A stretch of DNA of 64,000 nt from Abditibacterium sp. (lineage in GTDB: Bacteria; Armatimonadota; Abditibacteriia; Abditibacteriales; Abditibacteriaceae): positions 3,072,001-3,136,000 of the forward strand of contig CBDASK010000003.1 in NCBI GenBank assembly GCA_965199495.1, in the 5' to 3' direction. Below, in pieces: positions 1 to 9,445 of the stretch. Positions within the stretch are counted from its first letter, which is position 1. Each line of letters starts with the position of its first letter. A program made the translations under genes and the position numbers. Below the pieces are notes generated by a model. The model did no database searches. It was not told where the DNA came from and was given only the letters and a program-made list of their open reading frames with translations.

Positions 1-1
1 C

Positions 2-433
2 GGTGCCGCGCGTTTGATGCGCGTCGAGTCGCGTCATCAGGCGGGATTGGCGCAGATTCTGACGGCTTTGGCTGTAATCGTGCTGTGTCACAGTTCGAGC
101 GCGACGTTGCCCGCGCTTAGCGCGCGCGTGCAACGCGAAACCGGCGACGAAAGTGCGCTCTTGCTCGCCAGCGACCGCGCCAATTGGAGCGCGGCGCTGG
201 CGCCGTGGCTGGGCGCGCGCGGTAGAATTGGCGCGCAGGGTTTGGCGTTCGAGGCCGTGTCGTTCGAGAGCGAAGAAAAGGCCGGATTTGCCCTGCGCGC
301 GGGCGACGCCGTGCTGGCAACCCTGCAACGGGCCAGCGCGTCCAAAGTTGGGGCAACGCCGGATTTGCCCGCCTCCGTGCGCCGCATCAAACGCGACGAT
401 TCCCTCGTCGAAACGCTGGAACGCAACTTCTGA
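2..433 (+). CDS. Hypothetical protein, 5'-truncated by the window edge
   Basis: The frame of ORF 14..433 is open to the window start; genome-typical codon usage; no recognised motif. Confidence 0.45.
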   Translation, partial: GAARLMRVESRHQAGLAQILTALAVIVLCHSSSATLPALSARVQRETGDESALLLASDRANWSAALAPWLGARGRIGAQGLAFEAVSFESEEKAGFALRAGDAVLATLQRASASKVGATPDLPASVRRIKRDDSLVETLERNF

Positions 434-523
434 TTTTTCGCGTCAGGCGTTAAACGAATATTTCCCCTCTTTGATTTTACAGGCGCAACACCGCGCTTCA
501 ACGTTCTTCTCTTCCGCATCGCC

Positions 524-2809
524 ATGAATTTTCCACGCCGCTCCATCTCCGCTTCGCTGGGATCGTGGTGTGTGCAACTGGTTTACAAACCGCGCTCGCC
601 GGAAGAATCTATCGCGGCGGGGACGGGCGAAGCGCCTTTTCGCTTGCAACGCGCGCTCTTGCCCGCGTTTCTCGCGATTTTCATTGCGAGCGGCGCGGCG
701 TGTTATGCGTTGGCGCACTTCATCGGTTTGCCCGTCGCCGGGCGCGTTTTGACGTTGATTTTGTGCGTCGCGACTTTTGTCGCGTGGGGCGCGCGTTGCG
801 GCGCGCCCGCGCTACGCCGAATTTGTCTGGCGATGCGCTGGCCGCTCGCGGTTACGCTCTCGGTTTTCACGCTGTCACTGCGGTGGAGCGATGAGTTCGC
901 CGCGCTCCTGAGGGGCGAACCCAATATGCAGGCCGCGATTTTTTGCGGGTTCATCACGCTACTGAGCGTTTTGCTCATCGGCGCGCGTTCGGGCGGGCGC
1001 CTCGTGCCGGTGGCTGCTCCGCTCGTGCCAGCGCTTTCGCTGCTGGGGTTGCTCTGTCTGGTGGCGGTTGATGGCATCACGCAGGCGTGTTTTTTATTGT
1101 TTTGTGCGGCGGCACTTTATGTCAAATGTTACGACTATTTTTTGCGCACCGCCGCGCCCGATTTGAGTTCGGGCGTGTGGAATATCGCGCCGCGCGCGCG
1201 CCGTGTCGCGCGCGGCGATGCGCCCGCGTGGGCGCTGCAATCGGTTTTGGTGAGCAGCGTTTGGTTCGCGCTTTTTCTGGGCGGTGGCGCCCTCTTATTT
1301 TGGCCGTTGCAGGCGCTTTTGCCCAAAATCTCGGCGCCGCGTTGGGAGCGCGGGCAGAGCGATAGCGGCGCGCGCAAACTCGATTATAGCGGCGGCGCGG
1401 GCGTGATGGAACTGCGCGGCGGCACGCACGCTTTATCCAACCGCGTTTTGCTGCGTGTGACGCCGATTCGCGGACGCCAGACCGGTTTGTGGCGCGGTCG
1501 CGTTTACGAATTATACGACCGCTCGCTGTGGAGCGAACGCATTCCCGCCCGTAAAACTGACGAGGAAATCCAGACATCCAACCGTTTGGTAGTTCATCTG
1601 GTGCGCCCTCGCCCCCTGGGCACTTGGGTCGCCAGTTTGCCGCAACTAGCGCCCCAACTCGGTCGCGTCGAGCGTATCACCGAGTTAATCGAACCTTTGG
1701 GCAGCGTCGCCAACGTGATTTATTCGTCGGGTTTGCCCCTCCGCATTGACGATCGCAAAGACGTTTTCGACGCGAGCGATCCGGCGCGCGCCGGCGATTT
1801 GACGCGCTCGCAGATGCCTTATGTGGCGCGCTCTTTCACCGTCGAACCCAATCTGCTCGTTTTGGATCAAACGCGCGGTTTCGATCCCGCAGCCGACAAC
1901 TCAAAAATCGCGCCCACCCTGCTCCAAAATTTGCGGCTCAATCTCGCGTTGCCACCGGAAAAATCAACGCGCGCCGTTCTGGCCAGCCTGACCAGCCAGA
2001 TCGAAGCGGGCCGTTTGCCCACGCGCACGCCCTCGGAAAAAGCGCGCGCCGTCGCCGATTATTTGCATCGCACCTGCGTTTATTCTTTGCAGGCGCCCGC
2101 CGTGCCGGTCGCTTCGGATGCGACGGTTTTCTTTTTGACCGACGCGCGTAGCGGCGCCTGCGATATGTTCGCTTCGTCGGCGACGTTGCTCTTGCGCGAA
2201 ATGGGCGTGCCCGCGCGCGTAGCCACCGGCTTCTTAGACCCGCAAAATGACGAATCCGCCGCCAATTTTAATGGCAAAGCTGTCACCGTTTTGCGCGAGC
2301 GCGACGCGCACGCCTGGGTCGAGTATTATGTGCCCGATTACGGTTGGCTCACGCTCGATCCGACGCAAGGCACGCGCGAGGCGCCCGTTACTTTGGCCAG
2401 CAAACTGGCCGCATTGTTCGATCTGTCCCACCTCAAAATAGCGCCCGTTTTGTTAGTGTTGCCGCTCGCCGGTTTCGCTCTGCTCATCGCCGGATTGCTG
2501 TGGCAACGCCGCGAAAACCGTGATGCAAGCGCCGACGAAAACGAGCGCCAACTCATCGAAGCCGCCTATGCCAGAGCGTTGCATCTGCTGCGCCGTCGCG
2601 CCTCTTATGCTCCCGCGCTCACGCCCGGCGAATACGAGACGCGCGTTTTGCAATCGGACGCGCCCGCCGCCGCTAAACAAGAGTTCGCCGCGCTGACTCA
2701 TCTTTATCTGGCCGCTCGCTACGGCCCGGCGCCCGGTGCCAATCGCGAGCAAATCGAAGCGAGTTTGGCGCGCCTGAAATCGGCGCTCAAGCGCGGCAAT
2801 AAAACGTAA
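524..2809 (+). CDS. TgpA-like membrane transglutaminase (N-terminal TM region, transglutaminase core, DUF4129-like C-terminus)
   Basis: Multiple TM helices; catalytic motifs GACDMFAS, GVPARVATGF, DAHAWVEYY and GWLTLDPT; C-terminal TPGEY...LYLAARYG. Start codon uncertain. Confidence 0.85.
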   Translation: MNFPRRSISASLGSWCVQLVYKPRSPEESIAAGTGEAPFRLQRALLPAFLAIFIASGAACYALAHFIGLPVAGRVLTLILCVATFVAWGARCGAPALRRICLAMRWPLAVTLSVFTLSLRWSDEFAALLRGEPNMQAAIFCGFITLLSVLLIGARSGGRLVPVAAPLVPALSLLGLLCLVAVDGITQACFLLFCAAALYVKCYDYFLRTAAPDLSSGVWNIAPRARRVARGDAPAWALQSVLVSSVWFALFLGGGALLFWPLQALLPKISAPRWERGQSDSGARKLDYSGGAGVMELRGGTHALSNRVLLRVTPIRGRQTGLWRGRVYELYDRSLWSERIPARKTDEEIQTSNRLVVHLVRPRPLGTWVASLPQLAPQLGRVERITELIEPLGSVANVIYSSGLPLRIDDRKDVFDASDPARAGDLTRSQMPYVARSFTVEPNLLVLDQTRGFDPAADNSKIAPTLLQNLRLNLALPPEKSTRAVLASLTSQIEAGRLPTRTPSEKARAVADYLHRTCVYSLQAPAVPVASDATVFFLTDARSGACDMFASSATLLLREMGVPARVATGFLDPQNDESAANFNGKAVTVLRERDAHAWVEYYVPDYGWLTLDPTQGTREAPVTLASKLAALFDLSHLKIAPVLLVLPLAGFALLIAGLLWQRRENRDASADENERQLIEAAYARALHLLRRRASYAPALTPGEYETRVLQSDAPAAAKQEFAALTHLYLAARYGPAPGANREQIEASLARLKSALKRGNKT

Positions 2810-2823
2810 AAATAAAATAACCC

Positions 2824-2852
2824 TTGACTTAATTAACACCGTTAATTAAAAT
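2824..2852 (+). promoter_or_regulatory. Sigma70-type promoter overlapped by a palindromic operator (likely TetR autorepression site)
   Basis: TTGACT(2824-2829)-17 nt-TAAAAT(2847-2852); perfect inverted repeat TTAATTAAC-ACC-GTTAATTAA at 2829-2849; ATG at 2863. Confidence 0.75.
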
Positions 2853-2862
2853 ATCTGCAACG

Positions 2863-3552
2863 ATGAATCAAATCACGGTTTCGACGCGCCACCAGCGGAC
2901 GCGCACCGCCAGCCAAGAGCGGCGCGAGCAACAGAAAGTCGAGTTGCGCGCGGCGATCTTGCGCGCGGCGGACGAAGAATTTTCCGCTCACGGTTACGAA
3001 GATTTTTCGCTGCGCCGTGTGGCCGAGCGCATCGGTTACTCGCCGACGACGATTTATCTTTATTTCAAAAATAAAGATGAATTGCTGTTGCAAACCGTGA
3101 AAAGCGGATTCGCCGCCTTCGATGCCGCGATTCAAAACGCCGCTCAGGGCGCGGGCGAACCGTTGCAAAAGTTGGAAGATTTGGGCCGTGCTTATCTCGA
3201 ATTCGGCATCGAAAATCCGACGCTCTATCGCATGATGTTCATGCAGCCCGCCGATTTTCATCTGCTGCCACGCTTGCTCGGCAGTGGCACGCCCGATGAA
3301 GAAAAACAGAGCGAAAACGCCAACGCCCATCGCGTGATCGCGCAGGAATTGTTGGTCGAGGCCGTCCAGCGCGGCATTGACGAGGGCACCCTGCGCGCGG
3401 GCGACGCGTTACTAATGGCCGACGCGTTGTGGGCCAGTGTTCACGGTTTGGTCTCGCTCGCCGCCAGCCCATTAATGGAGCCAGATCACGCGCGCAAAGT
3501 CGCCGCCCCGTTGCTGCAAACCATCATCGCCGGGCTGCGAAACGCGGGATAA
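2863..3552 (+). CDS. TetR/AcrR family transcriptional regulator (WHG-type C-terminal domain)
   Basis: HTH FSLRRVAERIGYSPTTIYLYFKNKDELL; C-terminal LWASVHGLVSL. Confidence 0.92.
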   Translation: MNQITVSTRHQRTRTASQERREQQKVELRAAILRAADEEFSAHGYEDFSLRRVAERIGYSPTTIYLYFKNKDELLLQTVKSGFAAFDAAIQNAAQGAGEPLQKLEDLGRAYLEFGIENPTLYRMMFMQPADFHLLPRLLGSGTPDEEKQSENANAHRVIAQELLVEAVQRGIDEGTLRAGDALLMADALWASVHGLVSLAASPLMEPDHARKVAAPLLQTIIAGLRNAG

Positions 3553-3593
3553 ATTCGGGAATTACGCAATAAAACCTTCGTTTTGAACTCAAC

Positions 3594-3606
3594 TTAACGC
3601 CGTTAA
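3594..3606. promoter_or_regulatory. Second copy of the operator core upstream of the DUF2339 gene
   Basis: TTAAC-GCC-GTTAA matches the core and spacing of TTAAC-ACC-GTTAA at 2833-2845; it ends 10 nt before the ATG at 3617. Confidence 0.55.
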
Positions 3607-3616
3607 TTTAATAACA

Positions 3617-6600
3617 ATGGAAAACCTAAATTCTGCCGACACAATCGAAGCGCGTCTGGATAAGTTAGAAGCGCAAATGCTGCGCGTCGAGCGACGTTTG
3701 CACCTTGACGCGCCTGCCATTGTGATGGACGCGCTACCAGCCACGCCGCCAGTATCGCCGCCGCCCGTGGCTGGGCCAACTTCGTTTGCACCGACCATTG
3801 TCGTGCCTTCCGCGAAGCCGGAAAATGTGGCGGTTGAAGCGCTCGCCAAATCCGCAGAATCACCAGTTTCTGCGCCCGCGCCGCGTCCTCAAATTCCAGC
3901 GCCAGCCTCTGCCTCCGTGCCGATTCCATCGAATGAACCAGCGAGAGCGGCAGTTTCTCTGCTCGCTTGGGAGCAGTTAGTCGGCGGCAAATGGGCGTTG
4001 TGGGCGGGATTGTTGTCGGTTTTCGGCGCCATCGCTTCGTTTTTGGCGTATACGTGGCGCTACTTTTCGCCCGAATCAAAAGTGGCGTTGGGGCTGTTCA
4101 TCGGCATCGCGTTTTTAGTGGCGGGCGAGTGGACGCGCAAGCGCGCGCAGCGTTGGTTTAGCGAAGGCGTTTCGGGCGCTGGCTTGGGATTTTGCTTTTT
4201 GAGTTTATGGGCGGGCGGCGCGCACTTCTCGATTTTCGGGTTCGGCCTCACTTTCGGCGCGATGGCTTTGGTTTGCGCGCTGGGCGTGTGGCTGGCGGTG
4301 CGCTACGACGCGCTCGGCCTCAACATTTTGAGCGTCATCGGCGGCTTTGCCACGCCGATGTTGTTGCGCGGCGACGCGGCGGGCGGGCACGGCGCGGCGG
4401 TTTCGTTGTTGGTTTACCTCGCGATTTTGAACGCGGGCGCCCTGGGCGTTTCGCTGTTCAAGCGTTGGCGCGCCTCGGTCTGGCTGAGTTTCGGCGCGAC
4501 TTTGACGCTGCTGTTTTTCTGGTTGCCCGATTCCAACATTGACGCGATGCGGCTCACGGTCTGGGCGTTTTTCAGCCTCCATTTTGCGCTTTATGTCGGC
4601 GCAGCGTGCTTTTACAGCTTGGCGCGCCGCGAACAGACCACGCCCGAAGACATCGGTTTAATTTTGGCGGCGACCACGATTTACGCGCCGTTCGCGCACG
4701 ATTTGCTGTTGCCAATCGCGGGCGCATTTCCGGGCGCGTTCATGCTGGTTTTCGCGGTTTTCTGGAGCGCGTTGTGCGCCTTGGTGGCGCGGTTGGCACC
4801 CGCCAATAAATTATTGCGCGACGTGACGGGCGCGCTCGGACTTTTGGCGTTGACGGTCGCGATTCCGATTCAGGTTTCGCAGCCGTGGCTCGGCATCGCG
4901 CTGATGGGCGAAGCCGCCGTGTTGGCGGGCTTGGCGAATCGCCATCGCGACGCCCAATTGTTGCGGCGCGCCGGACAAATCGTGTGGGCGTTGGCGCTTT
5001 TGCCGCTCGTCGCCGGTTTGGTTTCGCCCGCCGGTAGCGTGCGATTTGGACTTTACGAAGGCAGTTGGCCGATGCTTTTTGGCGTCGCGGTCAGCGCGTG
5101 GCTGGCGTGGAGCGCGCATTGTCAAAGCGCCCGCGAAAATAACGTTAAAGCCGAAGAATTGGTTGATTATTATGTCACAGCCGCCGTCGCGAGTAGCGCG
5201 TGGCTGCTCGCGCGTGAGCTGTTGGCGCGCGGATTCGCGCCGCAAAGCGCGATAATGGCGGTCGGGTTTTTGGCGGTTGCCGTCTTTATTTTGGGTGCCA
5301 AAACGCGTTTTGTCGCCGTGCAAATTTGCGCGTTGGTGGGGGCGGTTTGCGTCGCGACGGCGGCGATTATGCTCGATTCATCGCAAGCCGCGCCCGCAGT
5401 TTTGCCGCTTAGCAACGCGCGCTTTGTGGCGCTCATTGGCACGGCGGGCGCGCTCTATGTTTTGACGTGGCTGGCGCGCCAAAACCAGAATGAACTGCTG
5501 CGGCGCGCTGGACAAATTATCTGGGTTTTGGCGTCGCTGCCGTTGTTTCAGGGCACGCTGTTTTCGGCGAGCGCGGCGCAGTGGGGCTTGCATTGCGGCG
5601 GCTGGCCGGGTGTGTTCGCCATTTCAATGACGGCGGCACTGGCGTGGAGCGCGCACCGCCACACCAAAAACGCCGACGAACTGCGCAACGTTTACGCGGG
5701 CATCGCCGTCGTGGGCGGCGCGTGGCTGATCGGGCGCGAGACGCTGGCGTGGACGCACGACGCCAACGGCGTTACGATGGCGCTTTCACTCTTCGCGGTC
5801 GCGATTTTCGCGGTCGGCGCGACGGCGCGCTTCGCGATGCTGCGCGCGTGCGCGGGCGTTTTGGCGGCGGGCGCGGCTTCGGCGGTTTTGTGGTTGGCGT
5901 GGTCGCATCCGTCGCCCGAATTGTTACCATTCTGGAACGCGCGCTTCGTCGCGATGACGATAACGCTGGGCGCGTTAGTGGCGATTTATCAAATCGCGCG
6001 CACGGTAGATTATCCATTGCACGACGCCGAAAAAGTGGCGGCGCGCGCGCTGCCCGTCGCCGTGGCAACGCTCGCGCTGGCGGCGTTTTCGAGCGAGATT
6101 TATTTCGGGTTCGCCCATTTCGCGCCGCCGCAATGGGCCAATCGCGCTTATTTCGTGTTAGCCATCGGCTGGAGTTTGTCCGCGCTGGGCGCGTTATCGG
6201 TCGGATTGCAAACGCGCAATATCAGTTGGCGCGTGTGGGCTTATGTCGTGGGCGGCGTGGCGTTGGCGTCTTTGCCAATTAATGCGTTGACCGGCGACGC
6301 GTTGGGAATGCCATTTCTCAACCTGCGATTCGCCGCGTTTGCCGTTGCCATCGCGGCTTTGTGCGTGGCCGCGTGGCGGCTGCGCACAGGCGAAATCGCG
6401 GGCGCGATTTCCGAGGGCGAGGCCGAAGCCATCGGCGCGGCGGCGAGCGCGGCTTTGGTGTTGGCGCTGTTTTCCTTGACGCAGGAAACCTGGGAAGCCG
6501 GGCGCTATTTGGCGCCGCGCGGCAGCGATTGGCAACGCGGCGCGCAGCTGGCGATTTCCCTCGTCTGGTCGCTGTTCGGCGCGCTTTTGCTGGCGGGCGG

Positions 6601-6793
6601 CGTGCAGTTCCGCGTACAGGGCGCACGTTTGGGCGCCTTAGTGCTGTTGGCGTTCACCGTCTGCAAAGTTTTTCTGTTCGATTTGAGTTTCTTGGATGGC
6701 GCCGGACGCGCGCTTTCGCTGGGCGGATTGGGCATGGCGCTGATTTTTATCTCGTGGCTTTATGGACGGTTCGGTCGGGTTTCGGTGAATTGA
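3617..6793 (+). CDS. DUF2339 family polytopic membrane protein
   Basis: N-terminal coiled coil and Pro-rich linker; WEQLVGGKW motif; GGFATP motif; many TM helices; C-terminal KVFLFDLSFL...RALSLGGLG. Confidence 0.85.
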   Translation: MENLNSADTIEARLDKLEAQMLRVERRLHLDAPAIVMDALPATPPVSPPPVAGPTSFAPTIVVPSAKPENVAVEALAKSAESPVSAPAPRPQIPAPASASVPIPSNEPARAAVSLLAWEQLVGGKWALWAGLLSVFGAIASFLAYTWRYFSPESKVALGLFIGIAFLVAGEWTRKRAQRWFSEGVSGAGLGFCFLSLWAGGAHFSIFGFGLTFGAMALVCALGVWLAVRYDALGLNILSVIGGFATPMLLRGDAAGGHGAAVSLLVYLAILNAGALGVSLFKRWRASVWLSFGATLTLLFFWLPDSNIDAMRLTVWAFFSLHFALYVGAACFYSLARREQTTPEDIGLILAATTIYAPFAHDLLLPIAGAFPGAFMLVFAVFWSALCALVARLAPANKLLRDVTGALGLLALTVAIPIQVSQPWLGIALMGEAAVLAGLANRHRDAQLLRRAGQIVWALALLPLVAGLVSPAGSVRFGLYEGSWPMLFGVAVSAWLAWSAHCQSARENNVKAEELVDYYVTAAVASSAWLLARELLARGFAPQSAIMAVGFLAVAVFILGAKTRFVAVQICALVGAVCVATAAIMLDSSQAAPAVLPLSNARFVALIGTAGALYVLTWLARQNQNELLRRAGQIIWVLASLPLFQGTLFSASAAQWGLHCGGWPGVFAISMTAALAWSAHRHTKNADELRNVYAGIAVVGGAWLIGRETLAWTHDANGVTMALSLFAVAIFAVGATARFAMLRACAGVLAAGAASAVLWLAWSHPSPELLPFWNARFVAMTITLGALVAIYQIARTVDYPLHDAEKVAARALPVAVATLALAAFSSEIYFGFAHFAPPQWANRAYFVLAIGWSLSALGALSVGLQTRNISWRVWAYVVGGVALASLPINALTGDALGMPFLNLRFAAFAVAIAALCVAAWRLRTGEIAGAISEGEAEAIGAAASAALVLALFSLTQETWEAGRYLAPRGSDWQRGAQLAISLVWSLFGALLLAGGVQFRVQGARLGALVLLAFTVCKVFLFDLSFLDGAGRALSLGGLGMALIFISWLYGRFGRVSVN

Positions 6794-6850
6794 AATTTTT
6801 GAGGCAACTCATCGGGAACATAAATTTCGAGCGTAGGGTCAAGGCGCCTG

Positions 6851-9307
6851 ATGAAATCCCTTCTATTTCTCCTCCCGCTCGCGGGCGCCGGACTTTTCGC
6901 CGCCTGTTCGCAAACACAACCGCGCATTGTGCCCGCCGTGGCTGCTCCAAACCAGCAACCGATGCTGCGACAAATCCAATTCGAGAAAATGCCCAACCAG
7001 CCCGCGCCAAATGTGCCGCAGTTCGGGCTGTCGGTCGTGGACGACGCAGGCAAGGCTCTGGCGATTTGTCCGCTCCAGCGCACCGACGTGAAATCCGACA
7101 TCTCCGGGCAGATGGCGCGCGTCGTGGTGACGCAGCACTTCTCCAATTCGTCCGAGACGCCGATTGAGGCGCTTTATACTTTCCCGTTGCCGCACGATGC
7201 CGCCGTTGACGGCATGACTTTCAAAATCGGCGAGCGCACCATTAAAGGCGAAATCAAAAAGCGCGAGGAAGCCGCGCAGATTTACCAACAGGCCAAAGCC
7301 AACGGACAAAACGCGGCGTTATTGGATCAAGAGCGGCCCAATATCTTTTCGCAGCGCGTGGCCAACGTGATGCCCGGCCAGCAAATTCAGGTCGAAATTT
7401 CGTTTACCCAGCCCGTCGTCTATCGCGCCGGGCACTACGAATGGGAATTTCCCACCGTCGTCGGCCCGCGCTATACCACGCCGCAAACGCCCGACGCCGA
7501 CAAAATCACGCCGCCGGTTACGCCCGAAGGAACCAAAGCCGGGCACGATTTGACGATGCAGATTCATCTGACTTCGCCGGTCGCGCTGGGCGAAATCAGC
7601 TCGGCGCTGCACCCGATTACAATTGACAAAAGCGGCGACAACGAAGCCAATATCGCCTTGAAAGACGGCGCGACTTTGCCCAATAAAGATTTTATCTTGC
7701 GATTCGCGCCGCGCGATAACGCCCTCCAAACCGGTTTAGTGACGCGATCCGATGGCGAAGGCGGCGGCTGGTTTCAGTTGGTCGTGCAGCCACCGGCGCA
7801 GGCGCCCCAGTCGGGAATCGCGCGCAAAGAAATGGTTTTTGTGATTGACCAAACCGGCTCGCAGGCGGGCGCGCCCATCGAAAAAGCCAAGGAAACGATG
7901 CGCTATTGCATCCAAAATCTCAACGCGGGCGACACTTTTCAATTGCTCGGCTTCAACACCGATGTTCACCCGTGTTTTCCCAAGCCCGTCGAAGCCACGG
8001 CGGCTAACATCGCCAAAGCCAAAGCGTTTTTGGCGCCCTTAAACGGCAACGGCGGCACGGATATTCTCAAGGCGACCAATTACGCGCTTCAGATTCCCGC
8101 CGACCCGGATCGTCCGCGCATCGTCTGTTTCATGACCGATGGCTATGTCGGCAACGAAGCGGAAATCACCAAATTTATTCACGACAAAGGCAAAAGCGTA
8201 CGCATGTTTCCGTTTGGCGTGGGCAACTCAGTCAACCGTTTTCTGATCGATTCGATGGCGCGCGAAGGGCGCGGCGTGCCCGAATACGCGCTCTTGAATG
8301 AAGACGGGAAAAAGTTAGCGCAGCGTTTTTATAATCGCGTCGCGAACCCGGTTTTGTTGGACGTGAAACCCAATTGGAACGGCTTGCCCGTCGCCGAGGT
8401 TTACCCGAAAACCGTGCCCGATGTGTTCGAGAGCGGCCCCGTCGTTTTGACCGGACGTTTCACGCGCCCGGTCGCGGGCGAACTGATAGTGCGCGGTCGC
8501 TCGGCGGGCAAAGAATGGAGCAAACGCGTGCCGGTGGATTTCTCGCGCGCCGACCAAAAGAGCGGCGCCGGTTTGCCATCCGCGTGGGCGCGCCAGAAAA
8601 TCGAGGATTTGACCAATACTTCGCCCACCCAAACATCGGGCGAAACCGCCGACGATTTGCGCGCGCAAATCACCAATGTCGCGCTCGATTATCATCTGAT
8701 GAGCCAATACACCAGCTTCGTCGCGGTTGAACCGACGGTTGTCAACGTCGGCGGTCAGCAGAAAACCGTCGAAGTTCCCGTTGAGATGGCCGATGGCGTG
8801 AGTTACGAAGGCATCTTTGGCGCGCGCGGCGACGCCGTCGGTTCGCTGAGTTTGGCGCGTAGTTCGTTCGCTAATGGCAAGGCGACCGCGATGGCGGGCG
8901 CGGCGCCGATGATGCCCGCGACAGCCATGAAATTTCGCGCTAACATTGCCACCGATGGAATCGCGCTCAACGATAAAGAGACCGAGTTGCCCACGCCCGC
9001 GCAACTCGCGCAGATGACGCCCGCGCAACGTATCAAAACCGGGCGCGCCGCCAAGATGAGCGGGGCCGTCGCCAAACTCGCGGCGCAAACGCCCGCCGCG
9101 AAAGTCACGGTTCAACTGTGGCTTGCGCCTTTGGCAAACGAGGCTGCGCGCGCGCAATTCGCGGCGAAGTTGAAAGAGTTGGGTTGGACGCAAAGCGCGG
9201 TTTTGACGCCGGGCAAACTGGTTTTAGGCGAAATTTCGAGCGACCAACTCGACGCCGTGGCTGCGTTGCAGGGCGTGAAGTTGATCGAAACGCCGAAGTT
9301 CAAATAA
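6851..9307 (+). CDS. VIT (vault/inter-alpha-trypsin) plus vWA domain lipoprotein
   Basis: Lipobox-like LFAAC; VIT motifs EALYTFPLP and AALLDQERPNIF; vWA MIDAS-like DQTGS...GGT...TDG; LMSQYTSFVAV. Confidence 0.88.
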   Translation: MKSLLFLLPLAGAGLFAACSQTQPRIVPAVAAPNQQPMLRQIQFEKMPNQPAPNVPQFGLSVVDDAGKALAICPLQRTDVKSDISGQMARVVVTQHFSNSSETPIEALYTFPLPHDAAVDGMTFKIGERTIKGEIKKREEAAQIYQQAKANGQNAALLDQERPNIFSQRVANVMPGQQIQVEISFTQPVVYRAGHYEWEFPTVVGPRYTTPQTPDADKITPPVTPEGTKAGHDLTMQIHLTSPVALGEISSALHPITIDKSGDNEANIALKDGATLPNKDFILRFAPRDNALQTGLVTRSDGEGGGWFQLVVQPPAQAPQSGIARKEMVFVIDQTGSQAGAPIEKAKETMRYCIQNLNAGDTFQLLGFNTDVHPCFPKPVEATAANIAKAKAFLAPLNGNGGTDILKATNYALQIPADPDRPRIVCFMTDGYVGNEAEITKFIHDKGKSVRMFPFGVGNSVNRFLIDSMAREGRGVPEYALLNEDGKKLAQRFYNRVANPVLLDVKPNWNGLPVAEVYPKTVPDVFESGPVVLTGRFTRPVAGELIVRGRSAGKEWSKRVPVDFSRADQKSGAGLPSAWARQKIEDLTNTSPTQTSGETADDLRAQITNVALDYHLMSQYTSFVAVEPTVVNVGGQQKTVEVPVEMADGVSYEGIFGARGDAVGSLSLARSSFANGKATAMAGAAPMMPATAMKFRANIATDGIALNDKETELPTPAQLAQMTPAQRIKTGRAAKMSGAVAKLAAQTPAAKVTVQLWLAPLANEAARAQFAAKLKELGWTQSAVLTPGKLVLGEISSDQLDAVAALQGVKLIETPKFK

Positions 9308-9443
9308 ACGGATTTCACACAAAGAAACAAAGATCGCACAAAGAAATACAAAGGAAATGAAGAAGATATTAACGACAACTCTCTTCAAACTCTTTGTATT
9401 TCTTTGTGCGATCTTTGTTTCTTTGTGTGAAATCCGTTTATTT
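9302..9443. repeat. Long inverted-repeat element (52-bp perfect arms built from CACAAAG-like units)
   Basis: 9302-9353 is the exact reverse complement of 9392-9443; lies between convergent genes. Confidence 0.92.
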
Positions 9444-9445
9444 CG

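Noticed and set aside
9302..9443. CRISPR array (periodic CACAAAG units; likewise the heptamer arrays)
   Set aside because: Units are 7-11 nt with no unique spacers, are arranged as inverted arms, and no cas genes are present.
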